A stretch of DNA of 47,095 nucleotides from a candidate division WWE3 bacterium (GTDB lineage: Bacteria > Patescibacteriota > WWE3 > 2-01-FULL-39-13). A program made the translations under genes and the position numbers. The stretch's first letter is position 1, and each line of letters starts with the position of its first letter. Of the stretch, positions 31,173 to 39,820 are shown in pieces. Below the pieces are notes generated by a model. The model saw nothing but the letters and a program-made list of their open reading frames with translations, did not search any database and was not told the origin of the DNA. Where the stretch lies: positions 1-47,095 of the forward strand of contig CALRDH010000005.1 of the NCBI GenBank assembly GCA_943354835.1. The letters run 5' to 3'.

Positions 31173-32699
31173 ATGAAAATTCTGCCAAAAGTTTTCCTTA
31201 TATCCTTTTTTATCTTTGCCACTTCCCTATTTTTCAAAGTTGGAATTGTATCGGCTGGATGTAATGCGCTAGGATGTACGGCCGATGGTGATTGTGATAG
31301 CGGTGGAAACCTTTGTGGAAGTGATCCTGGAAGTTGTGCAAATAATTGTTCACAAGCCTGTACTGATCCGAGTGATCCAACAAAAAAAATTCCTGGTACT
31401 GCGTCTATAACTGGAACAAGTTGTAATGTTTGTGATTATGACATTAGTTGTAGTAGTTGTTCTTGTGGAGGTGGAGGTAGCGGTGGAGGTGGTGGATCAA
31501 ACATGAATGGTGTAGTTAATGATTCCGTTTCAGGAAACAGATGGGTTGAAACAACTTTAAGTTGTAATCAGTCTTATACAGGTGTTGTTGTAAAAGGTGT
31601 AGATAAATTGGGAAATGAAATTGCGCAAGGTGATTTTACATGCAATTTAGAATGTCAGAATTGTGATGGAGCTGGGCATTTTGATATGGCTGGAGTTGTC
31701 AATGCTAATACCGAGGTATTCCTTACTTTAACAATCCCAGCATCAATAAGCTATGATTGTGCTTCCGTTACATGGAGCATAACAGACAGAGTTGATTTAT
31801 CGATAGGATCCGATGATGTAATTATAAATACCGGAGTTGGGTGTATGGCTAGCTTTATGAGCGATGTTAATCCTTACAATTGGAGGTATGGTGCTCTGTT
31901 TACAATGAATGCTCAACCGATAGACAATAATCCTCCAACAAAGCCTGGAACGCCTGTGGTTCCAGCATGTCTTGCAATTGGAGGTTCTTCGGCAAATATT
32001 ACTTTTACTGGTTCAACCGATTCTGGATCTGGTATGAGTCATTATATTGTAAATATCGATGAAGGTAATAATGGTAGTGTTGATACCTCTGATCGTCTAA
32101 ATTTTCCTTCAACGTCGTATTCATATTCCTTTAGCGATAGTAAAACATATCGAATTTGGATTGATGCTTTTGATATGCTTGGAAATAAAAACTGGTCAGA
32201 TGAATTGATTTATAATCCAAAAACATTACCACCTGCCCCGACAACTGTTAGGGCAACAGACGGTTTAGATTCAAAGATAGATATAAGTTGGAATGATAAT
32301 TCTAATTTCACATACAATACAGAAGATCGTTTTGATGTAATAAGAGGTGGCGTAGTAATCCATCCGATTCCAACAAGTAATGTGACACGTAATGCGACAA
32401 GCTATTCAGACACAGGAGCCGTGTGTGATGGTAATAATCGTGACTACTATGTTAAGGCCGTAAATTCATGCGGAGAAAGCTTAGGAGGTCCAAATGCAGG
32501 ATATTGTACTAGCCCTTCAGCGAACAGTTGGTGGCAAGTTTTTAATGGAGGCGTTCATTCAAATGGTGCAATAGATATTGATGATATTCCTGCTACTGAA
32601 TCCGTAATTGGTGATGGGTTAACTATTTCGACGTATAACGGCTATGGACTTATGTCTAGCAGGTCTAGCATTGGTATAACATCTGGAATGCAGGTATAA
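31173..32699 (+). CDS. Secreted Cys-rich/Ig/FN3 protein; N-terminal part of a frameshift-split gene
   Basis: Signal peptide, Cys-rich N-terminus, GGGGSGGGGGS linker, FN3 motif (PPAPTTVRAT...ISWND...YYVKAVN..GES), WWQVFNGGVHSNG. Confidence 0.8.
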   Translation: MKILPKVFLISFFIFATSLFFKVGIVSAGCNALGCTADGDCDSGGNLCGSDPGSCANNCSQACTDPSDPTKKIPGTASITGTSCNVCDYDISCSSCSCGGGGSGGGGGSNMNGVVNDSVSGNRWVETTLSCNQSYTGVVVKGVDKLGNEIAQGDFTCNLECQNCDGAGHFDMAGVVNANTEVFLTLTIPASISYDCASVTWSITDRVDLSIGSDDVIINTGVGCMASFMSDVNPYNWRYGALFTMNAQPIDNNPPTKPGTPVVPACLAIGGSSANITFTGSTDSGSGMSHYIVNIDEGNNGSVDTSDRLNFPSTSYSYSFSDSKTYRIWIDAFDMLGNKNWSDELIYNPKTLPPAPTTVRATDGLDSKIDISWNDNSNFTYNTEDRFDVIRGGVVIHPIPTSNVTRNATSYSDTGAVCDGNNRDYYVKAVNSCGESLGGPNAGYCTSPSANSWWQVFNGGVHSNGAIDIDDIPATESVIGDGLTISTYNGYGLMSSRSSIGITSGMQV

Positions 32700-32701
32700 C
32701 A
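32673..32701 (+). repeat. 9-bp direct repeat GGTATAACA x2, 20 nt apart, at the frameshift junction
   Basis: Copies at 32673-32681 and 32693-32701. Confidence 0.9.
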
Positions 32702-32737
32702 GATCATGATTATTTTGCTCAATATAATAATCTTGAT

Positions 32738-33301
32738 ATGGTAAATCCCGCAAATGCGACTACATTCAACAGAATTAAAGCATTGGGTTCATCTTGGACT
32801 GGAAAACTTCAATCTTCAATTTCATTTATGGGGAGTGATCCAACAAATACTTATTATGAGAGTATCTCTTCGGCAAATGTAAATTCAGTAATCACTTATA
32901 ATTCAAACAAGGTCGTTGCGGTTATTTTTCAACCTTCGTCAAATACTTTGTCTTTTAGGAAAAATATAGTTGATAATTCTGCAGGTCAAGATAAATTTAT
33001 GGTTATTTTTGTTGATGGAAATGTTTCAATAGATAGCACGGTTGATAGGATTGACGCTTTTATTATTGCTTCTGGAACTATTACTGTTGAATCGGCTGGA
33101 CTTGATCTTGATGATCCAATTTTAATTAAGGGCGGTTTGTATGCTAATCAGATATTATTAAATCGTGATTTAAAAAATGTAGTTACGAATAATGATAAGC
33201 CTGCGGAATATATTTCATATAATGAAAATCTTATATTAAACCAACAAGATGTACCTTTTGAGATTAAAGAGTCCCCTATTCAATGGGTTTTTGATGAATG
33301 A
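32738..33301 (+). CDS. C-terminal part of the split gene (frame open from 32669); homologous to the C-terminus of the giant protein
   Basis: VIFVDGNVSID...GGLYANQILLNRDL...QWVFDE versus IIVHGNVIID...GSLIADQFDFKRDL...YWVVTD. Confidence 0.8.
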   Translation: MVNPANATTFNRIKALGSSWTGKLQSSISFMGSDPTNTYYESISSANVNSVITYNSNKVVAVIFQPSSNTLSFRKNIVDNSAGQDKFMVIFVDGNVSIDSTVDRIDAFIIASGTITVESAGLDLDDPILIKGGLYANQILLNRDLKNVVTNNDKPAEYISYNENLILNQQDVPFEIKESPIQWVFDE

Positions 33302-33302
33302 T

Positions 33303-33686
33303 TTATTTAGGTTCGAGGGCAGATAATATTTCTTGTTTTATTTGATCCGGCATTAAAGAATCTTTTATTAAATATCCATCCGCACCAAGTTCGAATGCTT
33401 CTTTTATCACTTTTTCCCTTGATAGAACTGTCATCATAAATATTTTTATATTCTTATTTTTTGGATATGATCTAAGTTCCTTAAGGACTTTTATTCCGTC
33501 TATCTTTGGAATCATAAGATCTAAAAGTATAAGATCTATATCCTTGTTGTCTTTTACGAGATCAATTGCTTCTTGGCCGTCTTTTGCCTGAAGTATTTCG
33601 AAACCTTCCATACTTAGGTATTCAGAATAGACTAGTCTTAGAGAATTTTCGTCTTCGACTATCAAGATTTTATACTTCTTATTCAC
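33303..33686 (-). CDS. Stand-alone response regulator receiver (CheY-like)
   Basis: ILIVEDE, LILLDLMIP (phospho-acceptor Asp), MT, ADGYLIK; no output domain. Confidence 0.93.
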   Translation of the reverse strand: MNKKYKILIVEDENSLRLVYSEYLSMEGFEILQAKDGQEAIDLVKDNKDIDLILLDLMIPKIDGIKVLKELRSYPKNKNIKIFMMTVLSREKVIKEAFELGADGYLIKDSLMPDQIKQEILSALEPK

Positions 33687-34851
33687 TATAAGTCAGGCTA
33701 ACAGAATTCTTTGGAATTGTAAACCAAAAAGTGCTTCCTTTGCCAAGTTCAGATGTAAACCCAATTTTTCCGCCAAGTTCTTCGATTATTCTTTTTGATA
33801 TATAAAGTCCAAGTCCTGTACTCGCACCTAATACTTGTTGTTTAAGCCCGGCATTTCCTCTTCCAAATTTTTGAAATAATCTTGGGTAATCTTTTTTAGC
33901 AATTCCTGGACCTGTATCTGATACTGATAATTTTATTTCTTTTCGTGTTGATGAAACCCAAATCTTTATGTGCCCACGCTTAGTGTATTTGATGCTGTTA
34001 CTTATTAAATTATCGAGTATTTCAATAATTTTATCTCTATCTGTGAAGACTTCCTTTATTCTTGTTTTAGAAAATATTAGCTTTAACTTTTTCTTTTTGA
34101 GTAATTCTTTATAGCTTGTTGTTACTTCTTCGATTAACTGATTTATGTCTACTTTCTTTTTTTCAATTACTAGTCTTCCCTGCTCGACTCGTGAAATATC
34201 TAATAAATTACTGACTATTTTGGAAAGTCTTTTAATGCCTTCGTCTGTTTCCCAAAGTAAACGTTTTTGACTTTCATTTAATTCTGCTTTTAATGTATGC
34301 TCAAACATCCATAAATTTGTTTTTATTATTGTTACAGGAGTTTTTAGCTCATGTGAAGCAATTGAAATGAATTCGTCTTTTTCTTTGTCAAGTTCAATTT
34401 CGTCTGTAATATCAGAAAGTGAAATTACACATTCTTTTACTTCAGAGTTTATAAGTATGTTATTAAAATTTAATTTGTAGTAAGAATCTTCATCGGCTTC
34501 TCTTTTGACAATAATTGGATCTCCCAGGTCTTTTTTTACTTTATCTTTTTTTACAAACGCATAATCTTTTACTTTAATTGATTGTGAGTTTTTGTGCGAA
34601 ATCAAGTTTATAATATCATCCGCGTGTCTGCCAATTGCATTTTCTTTACTTATATTAAAAGCAATTTCTGCACTTGAATTAAAAACAACAATTTTGAATT
34701 TTTGATCTATTGAAAAAACAATTTCAGCAACTTGAAACAAAACTTCTTGTATCCTTTTTCGTTCTTTATTCAGCTCAAGATTATTGATATAAAGCTCTTG
34801 GGCAATTTGCTTTAATAGCTGATTTGAATCTGGGTTTACTGTAGCTTCCAT
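33679..34851 (-). CDS. Cytoplasmic PAS-domain histidine kinase
   Basis: PAS (IVVFNSSAE), H-box ASHELKTP, NLISNSIKYT, DTGPGI, STGLGL; no TM segment. Confidence 0.93.
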   Translation of the reverse strand: MEATVNPDSNQLLKQIAQELYINNLELNKERKRIQEVLFQVAEIVFSIDQKFKIVVFNSSAEIAFNISKENAIGRHADDIINLISHKNSQSIKVKDYAFVKKDKVKKDLGDPIIVKREADEDSYYKLNFNNILINSEVKECVISLSDITDEIELDKEKDEFISIASHELKTPVTIIKTNLWMFEHTLKAELNESQKRLLWETDEGIKRLSKIVSNLLDISRVEQGRLVIEKKKVDINQLIEEVTTSYKELLKKKKLKLIFSKTRIKEVFTDRDKIIEILDNLISNSIKYTKRGHIKIWVSSTRKEIKLSVSDTGPGIAKKDYPRLFQKFGRGNAGLKQQVLGASTGLGLYISKRIIEELGGKIGFTSELGKGSTFWFTIPKNSVSLTYSE

Positions 34852-34854
34852 ATA

Positions 34855-35142
34855 TTATTTAAGATTTTCGGGTATGTCAGAAGACTCTAATTCGTGTCCA
34901 AGTTTTTTAATAGCTTCTTTAGAAACTTCAATTGAAGCCTTGCCAAAAAGATTTGCATATTGGTCAACTAAATCTTTTAAAACAATTTTCGGATCACCCT
35001 TAATTTCAACCTTATTATTTTTTACAGATAAATTATCAACAAGTGCTGTCATTTGAATTGAAAGCGCCTTTCCTACTATCTTCTCTTGCTCCTTGGTAAT
35101 TGTAAGAATTGCTTTTTCATATAAATCTAATTTTGTGCTCAT
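34855..35142 (-). CDS. Small (95 aa) protein of unknown function in the signalling operon
   Basis: Tightly coupled ORF between the TM protein and the kinase; EQEKIVG...GDPKIVLKDLVDQYANLFGKASIEVSK. Confidence 0.75.
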   Translation of the reverse strand: MSTKLDLYEKAILTITKEQEKIVGKALSIQMTALVDNLSVKNNKVEIKGDPKIVLKDLVDQYANLFGKASIEVSKEAIKKLGHELESSDIPENLK

Positions 35143-35963
35143 TTTAGCTTTTTCCCTGCTCCTATTTTATCAACTACTTCGCCAAACTGTAAAATTGCAA
35201 TGGACATTAAGAAATATGCGCAGATATAAACTAAATCGCTGATGCCTGCTGGTTCCCATGTATCTTGAAAGGTTCTATATAAGAATGTTGTGTCGGCAAT
35301 ATATTGAATTATAAGTGCGGCAATAATTGATAAAACCATTTTTTTCATCACACCACCAAGTGTTTCTTTTGATAGATAGTAGGCTAATATTGCCATTGAG
35401 ACATATATTGCTTGTCCGAATGGATATCCGAAGTCTAGAAAGATTAATATTGGTTGAGTCCAGTCGAATTCATATGAGCTCAAAAAGATTGTATACGATG
35501 TAAGTATCATCAAAACCGGAAGTGCAATCGATACAACTTTTTTTGATGTATATGCTTTTAGTGATATTTTAGATCCGGACGCGGTTGATATTAACCAAGC
35601 CCCAATTATATAAATTGGTATACTGCCAAAGTAAAATATTTCTCCGAATGATGGATAGGGGTTTTCGATATTATATACAAAAAAGTATATTGCATATGAA
35701 ATCTGTCCTAAAAAATTAAGAGTTAACCCTGCTGAAAATGCGAGAAGGGCTTTCCCTACTACACTTTTTATGCCGCCCCACTTTTTAGCAATTGAAAAAC
35801 CAGCAATTCCACCAATACAGGCAATTATTCCGTATGAGTCAGTAAACAGGTTGTTGTAAGTTTCGTTATCAACTTCAATTAGATTCAAATAGAACCAGGC
35901 AAATGTATAAAAGATAAATATTACTAACAATAATCGAAAAATCTGATTGTTCAGTAAGGACAT
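35139..35963 (-). CDS. Stand-alone 7-8 TM sensor-like membrane protein (likely start MSLL at 35963)
   Basis: PYPSFGEIFY, DFGYP and IADTTF...GISDLVY resemble membrane sensor domains normally fused to GGDEF/HK domains (recalled motif, not searched). Confidence 0.7.
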   Translation of the reverse strand: MSLLNNQIFRLLLVIFIFYTFAWFYLNLIEVDNETYNNLFTDSYGIIACIGGIAGFSIAKKWGGIKSVVGKALLAFSAGLTLNFLGQISYAIYFFVYNIENPYPSFGEIFYFGSIPIYIIGAWLISTASGSKISLKAYTSKKVVSIALPVLMILTSYTIFLSSYEFDWTQPILIFLDFGYPFGQAIYVSMAILAYYLSKETLGGVMKKMVLSIIAALIIQYIADTTFLYRTFQDTWEPAGISDLVYICAYFLMSIAILQFGEVVDKIGAGKKLK

Positions 35964-35970
35964 TAAAACC

Positions 35971-35998
35971 ATTATACATGCGAAATATGTTCAAGCAA
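35971..35998 (-). promoter_or_regulatory. Sigma70-like promoter TTGCTT-N16-TATAAT, 7 nt upstream of ATG 35963
   Basis: Read directly from the minus strand. Confidence 0.5.
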
Positions 35999-36007
35999 AA
36001 GACAATC

Positions 36008-36036
36008 TTTACTATAGGGCTACCTAATGATAAACT
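36008..36036 (+). promoter_or_regulatory. Candidate promoter TTTACT-N17-TAAACT (with extended TG), 7 nt upstream of the in-frame GTG at 36044
   Basis: Read directly from the sequence; divergent from the signalling operon promoter. Confidence 0.4.
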
Positions 36037-36043
36037 TATAAAA

Positions 36044-36958
36044 GTGAATTTTGATCTTCCTATTTTTAAGAAGATTTCGCTTTCCGATAAGGGACAGATA
36101 GACAGCATATTCCAGAACTTTTCTCCATACTGCGACTTTAATTTTTCTAATATATACAATTGGAGTTCGATTTCAAAACCAAGCGAGATAGCTTTTGTAA
36201 ACGAAAATCTCGTTGTCAAAATGAAGGATTTTGTTGAAGACCATGTTGTTGTCTCCTTTATTGGAAATAATAAGATTAGTGATACAGTTTCACATTTGTT
36301 ACATCATTTTGATGAACTTTCAATGATCCCGGAAGAATGTATAACTAAAGAATTATTGGAAAGAGAAGATTTGCTGATAGAGGAAGATCGCAATAATCAT
36401 GATTATATTTTGTCATTAAAGGATTTGATTGATTTGCCAGGAAATAGATTTAAATCGAAAAGAAGAAAAGTAAAAAAATTTTTAGAACAAAACCCAGATC
36501 ATACTGTTCAGGTAATAGATTTAAAAAATGATGATGTTTGGAAATTAATTGAAGATTTAACATTCCTTTGGAATCATTTAAAAAGAGGTAAGGCTTCTGA
36601 TATAAAAAATGAATTGAATGCTTTAAAAAGACAAATTAGTCTAGCCAATGTCTGTGAGATTATATTTGTTGGCGTATACATTGACGGAAAGTTAGTAGCT
36701 TTTACTACGAATGAAATTAAGCATGGAGGCTTTGCAATTGGCAGTTTTGGAAAGGCGGATTTTAGATATGATGGTATCTTTTCATATTCCGAGCACGTTA
36801 CAGCAAAACACCTTTATAGCCTTGGTTGTAAGTTCTTAAATTATGAACAAGATTTAGGACTTGAGGGTTTAAGAAAATCAAAACTTTCATGGAAGCCCGT
36901 AAAATTCTTAAAGAAATATAAAATTAGGAAAGTTGAAAAAGTTAAAGTAGTAAAGTAA
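36044..36958 (+). CDS. DUF2156 / MprF-C-terminal-like GNAT-fold protein (ORF open from 35978; GTG 36044 preferred)
   Basis: DFNFSNIYNW, DYIL..KDL.DLPGNRFKSKR, KAD..Y.G, LNYEQDLGLEGLRKSKLSWKP. Confidence 0.8.
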   Translation: MNFDLPIFKKISLSDKGQIDSIFQNFSPYCDFNFSNIYNWSSISKPSEIAFVNENLVVKMKDFVEDHVVVSFIGNNKISDTVSHLLHHFDELSMIPEECITKELLEREDLLIEEDRNNHDYILSLKDLIDLPGNRFKSKRRKVKKFLEQNPDHTVQVIDLKNDDVWKLIEDLTFLWNHLKRGKASDIKNELNALKRQISLANVCEIIFVGVYIDGKLVAFTTNEIKHGGFAIGSFGKADFRYDGIFSYSEHVTAKHLYSLGCKFLNYEQDLGLEGLRKSKLSWKPVKFLKKYKIRKVEKVKVVK

Positions 36959-36959
36959 A

Positions 36960-38051
36960 GTGAACCATATGCGCAAGACTCCCTATACAATATACGATCT
37001 TGATAAATTATCCAAGAATTATTTGAGATTAAATAAGATTTTTAAGGATAAGAATATATTTTATGCGGTTAAGGCAAATAAATTAGCACCTATTTTGGAA
37101 ACAATGGTTTCTCTTGGTAGCAACTTTGAAGTTAATACGCCACCTGAATTTGATGCGGTTTTGAATGCTGGCGGAACTATAGATAAAATTATTAACAGTG
37201 CCCCTGTTAAGACGATTGATTGCATAGAATATATGTATTCAAATGGCGTTCGGAAATTCGCTTATGATTCTTTTTGTGAAATAGACAAAATTTCAAAATA
37301 CGCTAAAGGTTCGAGCGTATTTCTTAGAGTTTATACAAGTAATGAAGGTAGCGGACAGGCCTTAAATACAAAATTTGGAGTGAATATAAAAGATGCGCCT
37401 AAATTAATCGATTACGCTATATCTGCTGGACTAGATCCTTTTGGTATAACTTTTAGTGTAGGTTCACAATGCGACAATATTGATAATTGGGAAGAAGCTA
37501 TAAAACTTGTCGCACCTCTTTTTAATGAATATCCAAGTTTGACAACTCTTGATATTGGAGGAGGTTTCCCTATTGAATATGTTAGAAGTTCACTTTCTAT
37601 AAATGATATCTCAAATGTCATCGAGAATTCATTAAAAAAGTATTTTAATAAGAAAATAAATTTATATCTTGAACCTGGAAGATACATAGTTGGAAATACT
37701 GGGACTACTGTATCAAGCGTGATTGGCACTAAAATTAATGAAGGTATAAATTGGTGTTTTGTTGATGTTTCAATATTTGGTGGGTTTTTAGAGTTATTTG
37801 AATTCGACGATTGGTTTTCTTACAAGATTACTACAAATAGTAAGTCAAATGAGAAGCTTTTATATAATATTGCGGGTCCAACCTGCGATGGTTGTGACAT
37901 ACTAGCGAAAAATATTCTTTTGCCAAAGATTGATATGAATAGCTTAATTTATTTTCATAGTACTGGAGCATATACGAATGAGTATGCTTCAAATTTCAAT
38001 GGGTTTCCTATGCCTACACATGTGTTTTTAAAAAAAGGAGTTGAACAGTGA
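36960..38051 (+). CDS. Group IV PLP-dependent ornithine/lysine-type decarboxylase
   Basis: FYAVKAN (PLP Lys), LDIGGGFP, EPGRY, GPTCDGCD, GAYT. Confidence 0.88.
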   Translation: MNHMRKTPYTIYDLDKLSKNYLRLNKIFKDKNIFYAVKANKLAPILETMVSLGSNFEVNTPPEFDAVLNAGGTIDKIINSAPVKTIDCIEYMYSNGVRKFAYDSFCEIDKISKYAKGSSVFLRVYTSNEGSGQALNTKFGVNIKDAPKLIDYAISAGLDPFGITFSVGSQCDNIDNWEEAIKLVAPLFNEYPSLTTLDIGGGFPIEYVRSSLSINDISNVIENSLKKYFNKKINLYLEPGRYIVGNTGTTVSSVIGTKINEGINWCFVDVSIFGGFLELFEFDDWFSYKITTNSKSNEKLLYNIAGPTCDGCDILAKNILLPKIDMNSLIYFHSTGAYTNEYASNFNGFPMPTHVFLKKGVEQ

Positions 38052-38965
38052 CCTGGTTAATTTATTCCATAATTCCAGCATTGTTGTGGGCAAGTGTTAA
38101 TTATATCGATAAGTATTTGATTGAGAAGTTTTGTAAGGGGCTTAATGTTGGTGCTCTTGTGCTATTTTCTTCATTTATTGGAATTCCAGTTTCTATTTTT
38201 ATTTTTGCTATTTACCCGGGTGTTTTTGATATCAACTTTTTTGAAATGTTTATTCTTACACTTTCTGGCAACTTTTTTTTGCTTGGAGTTGTTTTTTATC
38301 TTTATGCTTTAAGCAAAGATGAAACCTCGACTGTAGCGCCACAACTTTTAATGATTCCTGTTTTTAGTGGGCTATTTTCATATTTATTTCTTGGTGAAAA
38401 ATTATCTTTTATACAAATGATCGGGGTGCTTACAGTAATTTTAGGCTCGTTGCTTTTATCTATCGATATTAACGATTTAAGAAAACCGAAAATCAAATTT
38501 CCGATTTTTGTGTTAATGCTTTTTTCGTCTGCATTTATGGCGTTAAATGCTGTTATATTTAAATTTGGCGTTGTTTCTGATGTTTCATTTTGGACCGTCG
38601 CTTTTTGGGAGCATATTGGATTTGTTATCTTTGGATTCTTTTGCTTTATATTTGTAAAATCATACAAAATCGAATTCATACATTTAGTAAAAAAGAATGG
38701 ACTAGGCATTCTCTCTTTAAATTTTTTAAATGAAGTAATAACAATTATCGGCAATGTGATATTTCATTATGCAACTCTACTCGCCCCTATAGCGATTGTT
38801 GAAACTGTCACTGAAGGAATTCAACCGTTATTTGTGATCTTGTATGGAATATTATTAACAATTTTCTTTCCAAAAATTATTAATGAAAACATAGAAAGAA
38901 AATCATTACTTCAAAAAATACTAGCAATTGGAATAATGTATCTTGGATTGCAGTGTTTAGTGTAA
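38048..38965 (+). CDS. EamA/DMT-family transporter
   Basis: 10-TM two-repeat pattern, LFLGEKLS.IQ.IG, IINENI..K.L.QK. Confidence 0.88.
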   Translation: MTWLIYSIIPALLWASVNYIDKYLIEKFCKGLNVGALVLFSSFIGIPVSIFIFAIYPGVFDINFFEMFILTLSGNFFLLGVVFYLYALSKDETSTVAPQLLMIPVFSGLFSYLFLGEKLSFIQMIGVLTVILGSLLLSIDINDLRKPKIKFPIFVLMLFSSAFMALNAVIFKFGVVSDVSFWTVAFWEHIGFVIFGFFCFIFVKSYKIEFIHLVKKNGLGILSLNFLNEVITIIGNVIFHYATLLAPIAIVETVTEGIQPLFVILYGILLTIFFPKIINENIERKSLLQKILAIGIMYLGLQCLV

Positions 38966-38975
38966 GTTTGAAACC

Positions 38976-39800
38976 ATGCCTACGGCTTCTGGTACGTCTT
39001 TAAAAATTGATAGTTCAATATCAAAATCTAATGAAATCTATGGTAGTAGTTTTCCTATTAGGGTAGATTACGAATCTTACCTTCTTTCACATGGTTATAT
39101 AGATGATGCAAAGGACGCTTGGAGTGATCCAAAACTTGTAACTATGATTCAACAACATTGGCATCATACAGGTCAAAATGGTTGTGTATTTGCACAATCT
39201 ATAGCTTATAAACGAGAAGAAATAGGCTGGGAATCAGATGTTATCTATAATTTAAACCCAGAAACTTTAAATTACATAGACAATAGGATTAGTGTTGCAA
39301 TTTCTTCATTGGATAACGAAGTTTTAAGTTTGTTATTCCCCAATATCATAACCCCAGAACAATTAGTAGTTTTGATTGTTTGGTTATCCAACGTGCCTTG
39401 TATGAATATAGAATTCGATATACCGATTGACGACTATACGATTATTGGATTGAGAATCCCACTTGGCAACGATGGCGAGGTACAGTCTTGGCTCGTCGGA
39501 TTTGCTCCAATGGATTATTTACCAAACACAAGGCAATCTCCCATCACAGAAATCGCTATTAGAACAAAGCTTAAACATGATAAGCTATTTCATAGACTTA
39601 ATCAAAATAAAAATGAAGCTCACTTGGCTGATGTGCAATTAGATTACAGTGAAGATGTTATGGAAAAATTATGGCAAGCGACTAAGGCAAGAACAAGTTT
39701 TCTTCTTGGTGGTGAAGTGGAAAGAAGGAATATAAAATCAGCTAGCGCTAAGGTCACAATAGCTGTACCGACCGATTTATGGATATCAAAAAGAAATTAG
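38976..39800 (+). CDS. Hypothetical soluble protein (possible remote YqcI/YcgG-like)
   Basis: GQNGCVFAQ and GFAP..YLP.TRQSP..EIAIR motifs; the similarity is only recalled. Confidence 0.6.
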   Translation: MPTASGTSLKIDSSISKSNEIYGSSFPIRVDYESYLLSHGYIDDAKDAWSDPKLVTMIQQHWHHTGQNGCVFAQSIAYKREEIGWESDVIYNLNPETLNYIDNRISVAISSLDNEVLSLLFPNIITPEQLVVLIVWLSNVPCMNIEFDIPIDDYTIIGLRIPLGNDGEVQSWLVGFAPMDYLPNTRQSPITEIAIRTKLKHDKLFHRLNQNKNEAHLADVQLDYSEDVMEKLWQATKARTSFLLGGEVERRNIKSASAKVTIAVPTDLWISKRN

Positions 39801-39820
39801 TTATTTAATTATTTAAAAAC

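Noticed and set aside
32660-32700. Programmed -1 ribosomal frameshift at the adhesin junction
   Set aside because: No X-XXY-YYZ slippery heptamer, homopolymer run or obvious downstream stimulatory hairpin.
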